From: Escherichia phage ime09
Reading direction: 5' to 3' (one strand)
Sequence record: NC_019503.1
DNA: 64,000 nt
In this document: positions 1 to 9,692 of the stretch, one piece after another
Layout: every line of letters starts with the position of its first letter
How positions within the stretch are numbered: the stretch's first letter is position 1
Made by a program: the position numbers and the translations under genes
Notes under the pieces: generated by a model
Seen by the model: only the letters and a program-made list of their open reading frames with translations
The model's database searches: none
Told to the model about the DNA's origin: nothing

Positions 1-11
1 AATTTTCCTTA

Positions 12-2189
12 TTAGGCCGCAAGGGCCTTCATAGTTTTAGCGATTTGGGAGACTTCATCATCACTTAAAGAGCTGCGATAACCGATGAAGTCGGAAACAA
101 TACGGAATTTCTTGGTAAACTCAACGACCATTTTATCACTGTTTTTTGAAGCATTATTTGACAATACATCAAAAAGATTAGTTACTGTCCAGATGTCATG
201 ACCGATGGTACCTTTTCCACCGTTGAAATATATGCCCTGTAATGAACTAACCATATTACCAAGGCGAGTATATTCTTCAGAAACTTCATCTACACTGAAG
301 TACTTCATCATAAAATCTAGTTCAGGATACTTGATAATTTTATCAATATATCGTTTAGCTGAACTTGAATAACCTACATACTTATCATAATCTACAGCAT
401 CAAAAGCATCTACATATAAATCACGCAGAGTTTCAAAAATACATTGGCACTGACCAAGTTCTTTTACCTTTTTCTGTAAAAGCGGACGAATAACATAAAA
501 TTCATTAATGCCAATAAGATTAGCCATACGAGTCAAAATACTCGTAGATGGATGACAAAGCGATGTAGTACCATCCATAGAGAAAATATCAGAACGATGC
601 ATGTATGCTACATAACCAGTAATTTCATCTGCTTCTGATGTGAGTGTAAACAGTTCCTCTTTTTCCCAGCGCCCGTCTTTAATTTCAAACTTAAACGCAG
701 TAGCAGCTTTAGGACGAGGAGCTTTACTTTTAACTGCCTTCGGAATATAACTTTTAACTAAAGCTTCAATTTCTGACAAATAATGAATGTTAACTTCATC
801 ACTTTCAAACATTGCCATAATATCAGGAAGTAAATCAATCTGCGATTCTACTTCCGGATTAATAAACAGAAGACGCTCATTATGATGAATATTCAAAGTG
901 TTATTAAATTCACTATCATCTAACGCATGCGCTAATCCACGGACAATATTAACACGATTTTTAATATTATCAATAACGATATTAATTTTTGTTGTATTAA
1001 TACCGAACAGACGATAACTTGATGCAATGGCTGAAGTTTCATGACTTTGCTTAATGCGTTTCAGTCGAGGGTCAAGATTTACTTCATACACAACTCCTGC
1101 ATTGCATAGTTTACTATCAGGTTCAAACATGCTTTGCATCTTTTTATATGACAGATTTTTAGTCGTAAATTTGACTGAATTACTAATCATATAATCTCGA
1201 GCAGAATATCCCATCTTCATCAATTCACGGTATGTATGACGAGGAGATGTAGATTCTTTAAATCGTTTTACATCTTCATTGAATGCCTTCTCACTAAGCT
1301 CTTTAACACGCTCAATAATATTTTTACGGGTACGATCATCTAGTGAAAGAGCTTCGCGTGATGGAGCAATATCAAGTGAACCCATTGGAAATTTAATGTA
1401 ATTCACTTCATTGCGGATGCTTAACCAGTTACGGTCTCTAATAACACCATCGATAGGATAAACAATACCGCCATAGATAGCATACAATCCACCACGATCT
1501 GGCCAATATCTTTCTGGATTTACGCCATAATAGTCATCAAAATCCGGAAAATAATCAATTTCGCGGTCAAGACCATTAATGATAGCCAAATCTTTGAATG
1601 GTCGCATGATATAAGAAACTTCATAAGCAAAGTTTCTAAAGTCTTTTTCTTCAACTGGAACTACGATTTCAATACCAGTTTTATCATCTGGACCCATTTC
1701 TTTTACGAACGTAGGTTTAATCTGCGGACCATCGCCATCCATATAAGCTACATAACCACGAATTTCACCTTTATGATATGAAGTAATACTAAACGTATCA
1801 GTATAACTAAATGGAGATTTAGAACCTAAACCAAATCCGCCAATGAAATCGTTAGATTCAGCCTTAGATGAACTAAAGTATGAATTATACAACCCAGGAG
1901 AATTATCATCACCCTGAATATCAAAATCGCTCATACCTGGACCAAAATCACGACAAACAAATCGCGGATCTAATCGTCCTGGAACTTGAATGATAAATTT
2001 TTCAGGATTTCCATTGAGAGCATGGGCATCAATCATGTTGGTAATCAATTCACGGACTACTGCGCGAATCTTGTTTGTATACAAATCAGATGATAGAATT
2101 TTAAATACTTTAGGATTTGCTGCGATGCTAAATGCCTTTGATTTAGAACCATTGCCAAGAATTGTTTCTTTTTCAGTGGTGATAATCAT
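12..2189 (-). CDS. rIIA: rIIA protein (T4 rIIA-like)
   Basis: 725-aa ORF; matches remembered T4 rIIA length and N-terminal sequence; GHKL-ATPase-like N-terminal region. Confidence 0.9.
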   Translation of the reverse strand: MIITTEKETILGNGSKSKAFSIAANPKVFKILSSDLYTNKIRAVVRELITNMIDAHALNGNPEKFIIQVPGRLDPRFVCRDFGPGMSDFDIQGDDNSPGLYNSYFSSSKAESNDFIGGFGLGSKSPFSYTDTFSITSYHKGEIRGYVAYMDGDGPQIKPTFVKEMGPDDKTGIEIVVPVEEKDFRNFAYEVSYIMRPFKDLAIINGLDREIDYFPDFDDYYGVNPERYWPDRGGLYAIYGGIVYPIDGVIRDRNWLSIRNEVNYIKFPMGSLDIAPSREALSLDDRTRKNIIERVKELSEKAFNEDVKRFKESTSPRHTYRELMKMGYSARDYMISNSVKFTTKNLSYKKMQSMFEPDSKLCNAGVVYEVNLDPRLKRIKQSHETSAIASSYRLFGINTTKINIVIDNIKNRVNIVRGLAHALDDSEFNNTLNIHHNERLLFINPEVESQIDLLPDIMAMFESDEVNIHYLSEIEALVKSYIPKAVKSKAPRPKAATAFKFEIKDGRWEKEELFTLTSEADEITGYVAYMHRSDIFSMDGTTSLCHPSTSILTRMANLIGINEFYVIRPLLQKKVKELGQCQCIFETLRDLYVDAFDAVDYDKYVGYSSSAKRYIDKIIKYPELDFMMKYFSVDEVSEEYTRLGNMVSSLQGIYFNGGKGTIGHDIWTVTNLFDVLSNNASKNSDKMVVEFTKKFRIVSDFIGYRSSLSDDEVSQIAKTMKALAA

Positions 2190-2199
2190 AATTTCCTCA

Positions 2200-2403
2200 T
2201 TAATTCATATTGCGTTTAATAACTTCAGCAACTTCTAGTAGTTCATCTTTAGTTGCAGTGTCGGATTGAATTTTATCTCTAATATCCTTAAAGCGGTTTT
2301 TAAACTCTTCGGCTTCTCCCATATCGAAAAAGCGTTGAATGATTCTATATTCTCGATGAACTGCTTTATCAAAAAGTTCTAAATTTACTTTATATGATTT
2401 CAT
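2200..2403 (-). CDS. rIIA.1-like small protein
   Basis: 67-aa ORF directly upstream of rIIA, same position as T4 rIIA.1. Confidence 0.6.
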   Translation of the reverse strand: MKSYKVNLELFDKAVHREYRIIQRFFDMGEAEEFKNRFKDIRDKIQSDTATKDELLEVAEVIKRNMN

Positions 2404-2429
2404 TTCAATATCCTCATTTGCCCCAATTA

Positions 2430-2459
2430 ATTATACCACATCCTTGTGGTAAAGTAAAC
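2430..2459 (-). promoter_or_regulatory. sigma70-type early promoter GTTTAC-N18-TATAAT
   Basis: reverse complement of attataccacatccttgtggtaaagtaaac; upstream of rIIA.1. Confidence 0.6.
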
Positions 2460-4279
2460 TACTGGCTCATCCATTCTTTACGAAGGTCAGCATTATCTCC
2501 CATGAGCATTTCAAAAAGCTCTTTCCAGTTCTCAGGAAGTTTAACAACATCATATACTGGGTTTTGAATCATCTCACGATATTCAGATTTTTCCAAAGAG
2601 CCAAGTCCCTTAATATAACGGATGCTATGTTTAGGTAGAGCATCTTTGGCACTCTCATATTCAGCGACTGTATAAAACCATTCTTGTTTTTTACCGACCT
2701 GAGCGATGATTACAGGAGTTTTGACAAAGCGAATTCTTCCTTGTTCAAACAGTTCTGGCCAATTACTAAAAAATCCGAGCAGAGAAGGATAAATGCTTCC
2801 TAGACCATCATGGTCAGCGTCAGTCATAATGGCAATATTATGATAATTTAAGTTTTCAGCCTTTTCACCAAGAACTAATCCAGTGATTGCGCAAATATCA
2901 AACAGTTCTTTATTTTTAAGCATATCAGCATATGACATACCCCAACTGTTGAGAACTTTACCACGTAATGGATAACCACCATGAAGTTCTTTATCACGAA
3001 CATCAATAAGATATCCGATAGCAGAATCGCCCTCAGTCAAGAAAAGAGTAGTATCAACATCTTTACCACAAAGATTCGCTTTAATGTGTTTATGAACCTT
3101 AGCTTTAGAAGCCTTTTTAGCTGCTTTAGTTTCTGCTGCTTTTTCTGCCGCCAATTTACGAGCCAAGGCAGCTTCAATAATTGGCATTAAAATTGCTTCA
3201 TTGTTTAAAATAGCACGTGAAATCTTTTTAGCATCAAGCTGAATATGACTACGAATTTCACCAAATGGAGAAGTCAAACGCTCTTTAGTCTGAGAATCAA
3301 ATCGCATGTTTTTCATATCACGAACGAACATAACGATAGTCAAACATTCTTTAACGCGTGCTTTAGTTACATCAATTTTGAACTTACGTTTGATTTGTGG
3401 AATAAGGTCTTCACAAATATCATCCATAACACAGTCAATGTGATGGCCACCATTCTTAGTATGAATGTTATTAACGTATGTTAATTGACGAAAACCATCA
3501 GGTGAACGACCGACTGCAATAGAACAGTTTTCTTGTTCTTGAACGATAGCATGCTCATCATATTGGCGTGCATATTTCTTAAAATTACCCTGAACCTTTT
3601 TACCATTAAAGGTAAATTGAATATCAGGATAAACTACTGCAAGTGTCTGGAGACGATCTAGTGTAATGTCAAGATAAACTTGAGATAGCTCATTAGTTTC
3701 AAATGACATAAAATCAGGAATGAAAGTAACACGTGTTCCTTTCCATTTTCCAGGAATATCTTCCCATGATTTATTTTCCATGCCATTTGAACAACGAACT
3801 ACAATATTATTTTGACCGTCGCCAGTTTCACCGACAAACATCACAGAAAAAATGTTAGTTAAACTAGAACCAACACCGTTCATACCGCCAGTGACGCGTT
3901 CTTTATCATCACCGAAGTTACCACCTGCTTTTGGAATAGTCCAAGCAGCAACAGGACCAGGAATTTCTTCACCAGTAGGTGTTTTAACCATCGCTTGCGG
4001 AATACCACGACCGTTATCTTCAACTGTTACTTGATTGTTTTTAATAGTAACATTAATTTTATTTGCGAATTTAAACTTAGTACGAATACCTTCATCTACT
4101 GAGTTATCGATAATTTCATCAATAAGCTTAACAAGACCAGGTACATACTGAACACTCTCCCATTTACCAAACAGAAAGCGCTCATGCATTTCATTAGCAG
4201 AAGAACCAATGTACATGCCGCTACGCTTTTTGATATGTTCAATATCGCTCAGAATTTTAATTTCATTCTTAATCATCAC
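2459..4279 (-). CDS. 39: DNA topoisomerase II large subunit gp39, unsplit (covers T4 39+60)
   Basis: 606 aa; GyrB-like GHKL ATPase and TOPRIM-type motifs; single continuous ORF. Confidence 0.9.
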   Translation of the reverse strand: MMIKNEIKILSDIEHIKKRSGMYIGSSANEMHERFLFGKWESVQYVPGLVKLIDEIIDNSVDEGIRTKFKFANKINVTIKNNQVTVEDNGRGIPQAMVKTPTGEEIPGPVAAWTIPKAGGNFGDDKERVTGGMNGVGSSLTNIFSVMFVGETGDGQNNIVVRCSNGMENKSWEDIPGKWKGTRVTFIPDFMSFETNELSQVYLDITLDRLQTLAVVYPDIQFTFNGKKVQGNFKKYARQYDEHAIVQEQENCSIAVGRSPDGFRQLTYVNNIHTKNGGHHIDCVMDDICEDLIPQIKRKFKIDVTKARVKECLTIVMFVRDMKNMRFDSQTKERLTSPFGEIRSHIQLDAKKISRAILNNEAILMPIIEAALARKLAAEKAAETKAAKKASKAKVHKHIKANLCGKDVDTTLFLTEGDSAIGYLIDVRDKELHGGYPLRGKVLNSWGMSYADMLKNKELFDICAITGLVLGEKAENLNYHNIAIMTDADHDGLGSIYPSLLGFFSNWPELFEQGRIRFVKTPVIIAQVGKKQEWFYTVAEYESAKDALPKHSIRYIKGLGSLEKSEYREMIQNPVYDVVKLPENWKELFEMLMGDNADLRKEWMSQ

Positions 4280-4303
4280 TTATCCTCGTTTGGTTTCGGG
4301 AAT

Positions 4304-4328
4304 ATTATACTCCGGTAATCATAAAGCT
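4304..4328 (-). promoter_or_regulatory. possible middle promoter for gene 39 (imperfect MotA box AGCTTTA + TATAAT)
   Basis: 12-nt spacing; one mismatch in box. Confidence 0.3.
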
Positions 4329-4346
4329 AAAGGCCCGAAGGCCTTT
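4329..4346 (-). terminator. rho-independent terminator, UUCG tetraloop
   Basis: aaaggcccgaaggccttt; RNA forms GGCC-UUCG-GGCC then U-run. Confidence 0.6.
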
Positions 4347-4606
4347 TATTTAAAGCGGATAGTCGAATTCTTGAAGAATAGACCAGAACATACGGTTCCT
4401 TCTACTTTCTGCCCGGTAGGTCCAATAGCACGAAATCCAGTATGCTGGAAATCATTTTCAGAGCAACCGAACCAGTTATATCCAGTGATTTCAATATTAG
4501 TAAAACCGCTTGAAGACAAAATTTTGGTTGCATTATCAGCATCAGTACATCCTACTAAAGATACTGCTAATACTAATGCTGCGATAGAACGATTAATATA
4601 TTTCAT
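4346..4606 (-). CDS. predicted lipoprotein (signal peptide with lipobox LVGC)
   Basis: ORF 4346..4618; likely start at internal Met giving MKYINRSIAALVLAVSLVGC. Confidence 0.55.
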   Translation of the reverse strand: MKYINRSIAALVLAVSLVGCTDADNATKILSSSGFTNIEITGYNWFGCSENDFQHTGFRAIGPTGQKVEGTVCSGLFFKNSTIRFK

Positions 4607-4610
4607 AATT

Positions 4611-4988
4611 TCACTCAAATTTAATGGCTTGAAGGAGACTAATAATTCTCAAGCGACTTCTTTCATCTTTAACTGTAAAAGAAAGAGGGTCACCAGATTT
4701 CATAGTGATAGTGCATTCAAAATCAAAATCTTCAGGAACTTCTTCGAAGAAGTCAAATTCTTCATCATAAATTAGAACATTACTCTGAAAACTGTGAAGA
4801 ATTTTTCCATCATTTCCAGATGCTGTACTAATCATTGTAACATTATGGCCTTTCATATCTTCAACGATAAATTCGCTTGTAGATATTACGGCATTAATAG
4901 AACCATTCCTATAAATAGAAGAAAGCAGATATTTCTTTTCTTCACCTTCGCGAACACGATATTTCTTACCGATTTTAAACATAATCAC
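4611..4988 (-). CDS. hypothetical protein (125 aa)
   Basis: co-directional ORF in packed array; no motif recognised. Confidence 0.5.
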   Translation of the reverse strand: MIMFKIGKKYRVREGEEKKYLLSSIYRNGSINAVISTSEFIVEDMKGHNVTMISTASGNDGKILHSFQSNVLIYDEEFDFFEEVPEDFDFECTITMKSGDPLSFTVKDERSRLRIISLLQAIKFE

Positions 4989-5160
4989 CCTTTAAGTAAG
5001 TCGTAAAATCCACCATTCACATGCTTAGGAGCAGAAGGCAGACGAGTAGACAAACGATGACATTTAGGACAAACATCATTTTCTCGTTCAGAAATCTTTT
5101 TAATTTTTTCATATTCATGCCCGCAATCTTCGGATTGGCATTTATAATCATACATTGGCA
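4984..5160 (-). CDS. small zinc-ribbon protein, FmdB-like (58 aa)
   Basis: manually translated, below track cutoff: MPMYDYKCQSEDCGHEYEK...CPKCH; two CxxC pairs; ATGA overlap with next gene. Confidence 0.5.
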
Positions 5161-5163
5161 TAA

Positions 5164-5583
5164 TTATTCCTTAAAGTGTGCTTTCAACATCTGATACAAA
5201 GACCATGCCTGTTCATTATTTTCAATAGTAACTTTCATGACAGGAAATTCTGTGAAATCTTCTATTTGTTCTTGCTCTTCCTGCTCTTGTTCTTCAGCAG
5301 CCTGATATGGATTTTCCACTTCATCAAAAAACCCAGCTTCGTTAGTAGAAAGCCAGATAAAGTTTTCGTCAAGGATATCACCATGTGTTGCATATCCAAC
5401 TGTGCCAGTAGATGTCACAATTTTAGTAGGACGCCCGTAATAGTCCACATCTAAAATTTTAAAAGGTTCCATACCTAAACGTCGTGCATAGATTCCGTTA
5501 TCAGTATGGTCTTTAATAAAATTTTCTTGAGCTTGTTTATTTTTAAATTGATACCATTTATTAACTTCAAATCTAATAGCCAT
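5164..5583 (-). CDS. hypothetical protein with acidic [10 protein letters not shown] stretch (139 aa)
   Basis: ORF in packed array; low-complexity acidic repeat. Confidence 0.5.
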   Translation of the reverse strand: MAIRFEVNKWYQFKNKQAQENFIKDHTDNGIYARRLGMEPFKILDVDYYGRPTKIVTSTGTVGYATHGDILDENFIWLSTNEAGFFDEVENPYQAAEEQEQEEQEQIEDFTEFPVMKVTIENNEQAWSLYQMLKAHFKE

Positions 5584-5798
5584 TAATAAATTTCCTTCCA
5601 GTAAGTTGTGCCATCTTCAGTAATTTCACGAAATACACCGTAAATTGGTTGTTTATCACCAACCTTTTCATACACATAAACCGAAGTCAAGTGAGTAAAC
5701 TTAACAGTATGTTCCTTTTGAACTACTACCAAATCTGGATTGAATAATACATCTTCAAATTCGTCATTAGTGCAGTTCTGAACAATTTTACGTTTCAT
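5583..5798 (-). CDS. hypothetical protein (71 aa)
   Basis: co-directional ORF. Confidence 0.45.
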   Translation of the reverse strand: MKRKIVQNCTNDEFEDVLFNPDLVVVQKEHTVKFTHLTSVYVYEKVGDKQPIYGVFREITEDGTTYWKEIY

Positions 5799-5811
5799 TA
5801 CAATTTCCTCA

Positions 5812-6093
5812 TTAATTGAACAGTGGAGCGATGCGTTTCAGAAGAGTAGCAGCACCTTTGGCGAATTTTACATCATGAAAAACAGTTTCTTCTTCCGTTA
5901 CAACACGAACTTTAATGTTTTCACAATCCCAATTTTTACGAACAATCTTCAAAAGCTGCAGTAAATCTTTACATTCAGCAATATCGATAACACATCCACG
6001 AGAATCTTCCATTATCGCACGATAACCATAAGCCATACCATAATCGTTGAAAGATTGCTCGATGATAATTAAGTTTTCCATTTTATTCTCCAA
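5812..6093 (-). CDS. hypothetical protein (93 aa)
   Basis: co-directional ORF. Confidence 0.5.
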   Translation of the reverse strand: MENKMENLIIIEQSFNDYGMAYGYRAIMEDSRGCVIDIAECKDLLQLLKIVRKNWDCENIKVRVVTEEETVFHDVKFAKGAATLLKRIAPLFN

Positions 6094-6105
6094 GTTGTTT
6101 TCTGT

Positions 6106-6148
6106 ATCAGTAGTTGATATTGATATAGTACCATAATCAACTACTGAT
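6106..6148. repeat. perfect 13-bp inverted repeat, 17-bp loop
   Basis: atcagtagttgat ... atcaactactgat; loop attgatatagtaccata resembles -10 region of repeated promoter cassettes. Confidence 0.6.
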
Positions 6149-6188
6149 GTATATAGTTTTATGAAAAAATTTTAAACTTTATGCAAAT

Positions 6189-6608
6189 TTATGCTAAAGC
6201 TGCTTCGCACCATTTTTTAATTTGGAATTCAGGAACTACCATGAACTGGCCTGCAAAAACAATATTGTAGAGCTTGACGCCATCTTCTACCCAACGGTCC
6301 GAAATAAAACCAGCGACTTGATTCGTTGTCCATGGAGTTCCATCTGTTGCCGCCGCAATTGTGAATTTATGGTCTTTTACAACTAAAACTGAAGAACAAA
6401 GTTTCCATTTAAATGCGCTTTCTTCTGGCTCAATGAATTGGCTTGAGACATAACCAATGTTACCATCAGCGTCACGAACTTTAACCTCGTTACGACCAAA
6501 AACTGGATCACTTACAGAAAGAACTTCAACCAGCTTTCCCGCAACTTTAGAACGAGAAGCAACGGATACATATACGTAATCGCCAGTAGAGAGATTTACA
6601 ATATTCAT
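6189..6608 (-). CDS. paralog family member 1 (KOW/SH3-like N-terminus, conserved C-terminal block)
   Basis: C-terminal GFISDRWVEDGVKLYNIVFAGQF shared with next two genes. Confidence 0.6.
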   Translation of the reverse strand: MNIVNLSTGDYVYVSVASRSKVAGKLVEVLSVSDPVFGRNEVKVRDADGNIGYVSSQFIEPEESAFKWKLCSSVLVVKDHKFTIAAATDGTPWTTNQVAGFISDRWVEDGVKLYNIVFAGQFMVVPEFQIKKWCEAALA

Positions 6609-6617
6609 AATAATTCC

Positions 6618-7094
6618 TTAAGCTTTACGAGGAGAAGCATAACGAGTGATTTCAGATTCTTCAACAACCCGGAAGTCACCTAAAAATACAATATTGTATA
6701 GCTTTTTACCGTCTTCAATCCATTGGTCTGTAATGAAGCCACACATCCTATCAGTTTTACTTGGACCAGCGAAATCATCAATATAATCGAATTTTTCAGC
6801 AGTTACAAATTCAACGCCTTTGCACAACGGCCATTTAAATTGTGCATTAGACTTAGTGGATTCAACTTCTTTAACAGAAGCAAAATGAGCGCTAACACGA
6901 GTTTCCAGAAATTTAGGACTTACGTAAGCGTACTGAGTTTCAATTTTTCCAGAACTAGGAATGATTCGAACTTTAACTTCTTTAACACGACCAGTACCAT
7001 TAGTACGAAGTCCTACCACTTCAACTAGACGACCTGCAGCTTTAGAACGAGATGCAGACGATACACGCTTAATTTCACCAATATTAATAATCAT
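6618..7094 (-). CDS. paralog family member 2
   Basis: C-terminal GFITDQWIEDGKKLYNIVFLGDF; N-terminal SSASRSKAAGRLVEV similar to member 1. Confidence 0.6.
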   Translation of the reverse strand: MIINIGEIKRVSSASRSKAAGRLVEVVGLRTNGTGRVKEVKVRIIPSSGKIETQYAYVSPKFLETRVSAHFASVKEVESTKSNAQFKWPLCKGVEFVTAEKFDYIDDFAGPSKTDRMCGFITDQWIEDGKKLYNIVFLGDFRVVEESEITRYASPRKA

Positions 7095-7139
7095 AGTTAT
7101 CTCTCACTTGTTAAAAAGATTTTATACTCCACGGGACCA

Positions 7140-7169
7140 TTATACTCTGATCCCAAGAGTTTGTAAACT
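7140..7169 (-). promoter_or_regulatory. early promoter GTTTAC-N18-TATAAT
   Basis: hexamers read directly; upstream of 6618..7094. Confidence 0.55.
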
Positions 7170-7170
7170 A

Positions 7171-7710
7171 TTAATTCAAAATAGCTACCACTGCACTACG
7201 AGGTACTACGCTAAAATCACCTGCATGAACAACGTTCAGAAGTTCAACACCATCTTCAATCCATTGGTCAGTTACCCAACCACAGACCGAAATAAATGGG
7301 GTCTTAATAGCTACAGCACGAGTCAAAAGGTCAGTAGGATCGCATTCTTGGAAGAGGATAAGCTCTGCTTCAAAGACTATAGTTTTAATTACTTCATCAT
7401 TATCTAAGCGTTGTGCTCGAATCACGTAGGCTTTATTCTTATCATACCAATTACTTTTTGAAAAACTTTTAACCACGAACTCGCCTTCACCAAAAACGCT
7501 AGTCAATGCTTTATAACCCAAACTTAGTTCAGTAGTTTTAATTTCAGTTTCAACCAGTTTGTAGGTTTTGCCGATTTCAATAGCGGTAGTCATAGTAGGT
7601 TCCTTAATTTCCAGTGGTTTAACAGGGCATACATAAGTGCTTACAACATCAAAATCAATCAGTTTAGCTACCGGATTTGGTGTGTATTCAGGATTATAAT
7701 TAAATTTCAT
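7171..7710 (-). CDS. paralog family member 3
   Basis: C-terminal GWVTDQWIEDGVELLNVVHAGDF. Confidence 0.6.
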   Translation of the reverse strand: MKFNYNPEYTPNPVAKLIDFDVVSTYVCPVKPLEIKEPTMTTAIEIGKTYKLVETEIKTTELSLGYKALTSVFGEGEFVVKSFSKSNWYDKNKAYVIRAQRLDNDEVIKTIVFEAELILFQECDPTDLLTRAVAIKTPFISVCGWVTDQWIEDGVELLNVVHAGDFSVVPRSAVVAILN

Positions 7711-7712
7711 AA

Positions 7713-8252
7713 TTATCTCATTTCAATAAAATCTACAAGTTCAGCATGGGATTTACGGAACATTACTTGGTGCCCGCCAATGATAACTTCATCTTCAGGA
7801 ACTTCGTATACAGCGAGATAAAATCCTTTAGAAGATAATTCTTCCCGCTCTTCTCGTGTGAACCATCTCATCATATCATATTCACTAGCGAAAGCAAAAT
7901 GATAAAGAGCTATAAACCATCCTGGAATATGATATTCTACTCCAACATAATCTTTCTTGAACTTAGTATTAATTACTATATTAGCGTTTTTAACTAATAG
8001 TTTATCTTCATGTGGTACAGGAATTCTTTTATTATCCTCACTATGATGCATAAAATTAGGTCTACTATAACCTACACGTAATAGCCACTCTTCGCTCCAT
8101 GAATCTATTATACTCCTGTATGGCGTTATTTGAACACAAAGATTTCGACGTATTGTTATAGCATCTTCACAATTAAGAATACTAAACGATGATTCAACAC
8201 GATAAATTTTCATTTTATTATCCTCAGTAGCTATGGTGTTATAATACCACAA
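7713..8252 (-). CDS. hypothetical protein (179 aa)
   Basis: co-directional ORF. Confidence 0.5.
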   Translation of the reverse strand: MWYYNTIATEDNKMKIYRVESSFSILNCEDAITIRRNLCVQITPYRSIIDSWSEEWLLRVGYSRPNFMHHSEDNKRIPVPHEDKLLVKNANIVINTKFKKDYVGVEYHIPGWFIALYHFAFASEYDMMRWFTREEREELSSKGFYLAVYEVPEDEVIIGGHQVMFRKSHAELVDFIEMR

Positions 8253-8269
8253 CTAACCGAGGAAGTAAA
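8240..8269 (-). promoter_or_regulatory. early promoter GTTTAC-N18-TATTAT
   Basis: hexamers read directly; upstream of 7713..8252. Confidence 0.5.
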
Positions 8270-8276
8270 CAACTTT

Positions 8277-8960
8277 TTATCGTTTTGTTGGAAGAGATAG
8301 AGGATCGCACTCTTCCTCTGACGGAGCATCTTCAAGACCCATAGCATATCGCAAAGCATACTTCATCATCAGGATGTCTTTCGCACAGTCATGAATAGAA
8401 TCATGCGCAACGAATCCATCTAAAGTTCCCTTTGGAAGAGGACACGTGGTCATATCGCGAACAAGCAGAAGTGCTTCAATTCTGGTACGAATATCACGTT
8501 GATTCCAGAATTTACATGGTTCTAACTTAAATGTGTCAAGTTCATTCTCAGAAACGCCGTTAAGACGCTGAATATCGCGAATAAGATCAACTAAAATTGG
8601 AAAATCAAACGACATTCCACGGCACCAGCCTTGAGATTTCCAAGGATCGATATTATGTGCATTGATGTAATCATTAAATTTTACAATACCATCGATAGTG
8701 CTTACATCTTCATCTGATGGCGCAATATTTTTTCGAGCTTCAGGAGACTGATTTTTCCACCATTCGATAGTGCTTTTAGTAAAAAGACGATGTCCCTTTT
8801 GGCTTTTTAAATCAAACTTGATTTTAATGCCGCGTGAAACTAATTCATCAAAGGATTCAACTACTTCTGGATTAGGGTCAAAGGCAATAACAGCCAAATC
8901 AATAACAGCTGCCTTTTCACCGCTTCCCATTGTTTCAAAATCTATAATAAAATCAAACAT
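8277..8960 (-). CDS. dexA: exonuclease A (DEDDh 3'-5' exonuclease)
   Basis: 227 aa; N-terminal DFET motif; matches T4 DexA size and position. Confidence 0.85.
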   Translation of the reverse strand: MFDFIIDFETMGSGEKAAVIDLAVIAFDPNPEVVESFDELVSRGIKIKFDLKSQKGHRLFTKSTIEWWKNQSPEARKNIAPSDEDVSTIDGIVKFNDYINAHNIDPWKSQGWCRGMSFDFPILVDLIRDIQRLNGVSENELDTFKLEPCKFWNQRDIRTRIEALLLVRDMTTCPLPKGTLDGFVAHDSIHDCAKDILMMKYALRYAMGLEDAPSEEECDPLSLPTKR

Positions 8961-9454
8961 TAAATTTTCCTCGCTAAATCGCGAATTTGACCTACAGTAT
9001 AATCTTGGATATAAACTTTATTAATGGGCTCATCAATAAATTTTGCCATAGATTCAATATCTTTTTGTATCTCTTCAAGACTGTATACTATCTTTAAAGC
9101 TTTTTCGCGAATAGTAACATTATCAGGTCCTGAATTTTCTTGAATGACAGCTTTAACATTTGCCATAAGAGATTTAAACTGATGCAAACTTAATTCAATC
9201 ATTAAAACCGCCTTATAAAGATGGCTAATTTCACCTAAAACATAATCACTGATTGTGACAGTTTTCACTTCACCACAAAAGAATTCTAACGCAATCAAAT
9301 CTCGTTCAATTTCTTCCAATTGAAGCATTAACTTGCCTGATTCAATTTTCACGTTTTTGCGATTTTTACTATAAGCTATTTCATAAATTTCGCTCACTTT
9401 ATCTTGAAGTAGATAAAACTGATCTTTAGTTATTTCCACGAATAGCTTCCTCAA
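8960..9454 (-). CDS. hypothetical protein (164 aa)
   Basis: co-directional ORF between dexA and dda. Confidence 0.5.
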   Translation of the reverse strand: MRKLFVEITKDQFYLLQDKVSEIYEIAYSKNRKNVKIESGKLMLQLEEIERDLIALEFFCGEVKTVTISDYVLGEISHLYKAVLMIELSLHQFKSLMANVKAVIQENSGPDNVTIREKALKIVYSLEEIQKDIESMAKFIDEPINKVYIQDYTVGQIRDLARKI

Positions 9455-9686
9455 ATTTAATCAGCAGCTTACAGACACTTTCATCTAATGTAATTACCGT
9501 ATCTGTATTACTATGATATGATTGTTTTTCAATTCGTTTAATTGCTAGTATAGTATCACTTATAAGATTAAGCTTATAAAGGAGCTCAGCTCCTGTTATC
9601 ATAACACTGAGGTTATCTTGCTTATCAGTATGCTTCTTTATACCATCTATTAGACGATTTAAATATTTTGAATTGATGTTAATCAT
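9426..9686 (-). CDS. hypothetical protein (86 aa)
   Basis: co-directional ORF. Confidence 0.45.
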   Translation of the reverse strand: MININSKYLNRLIDGIKKHTDKQDNLSVMITGAELLYKLNLISDTILAIKRIEKQSYHSNTDTVITLDESVCKLLIKFEEAIRGNN

Positions 9687-9692
9687 ATATCC

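Noticed and set aside
1990-2238. Plus-strand 82-aa ORF
   Set aside because: Antisense to the 3' end of rIIA; no RBS; typical spurious ORF in AT-rich DNA.
2404-2460. Looked for a gene 60-type translational bypass and a mobA insertion
   Set aside because: gp39 is one continuous 606-aa ORF; nothing to bypass.
2981-4034. Plus-strand ORFs 2981..3190, 3245..3484, 3852..4034
   Set aside because: All antisense within the well-supported gene 39 ORF.
4209-4775. Plus-strand 188-aa ORF
   Set aside because: Overlaps gene 39 start, a terminator and two minus-strand genes; low-complexity translation.
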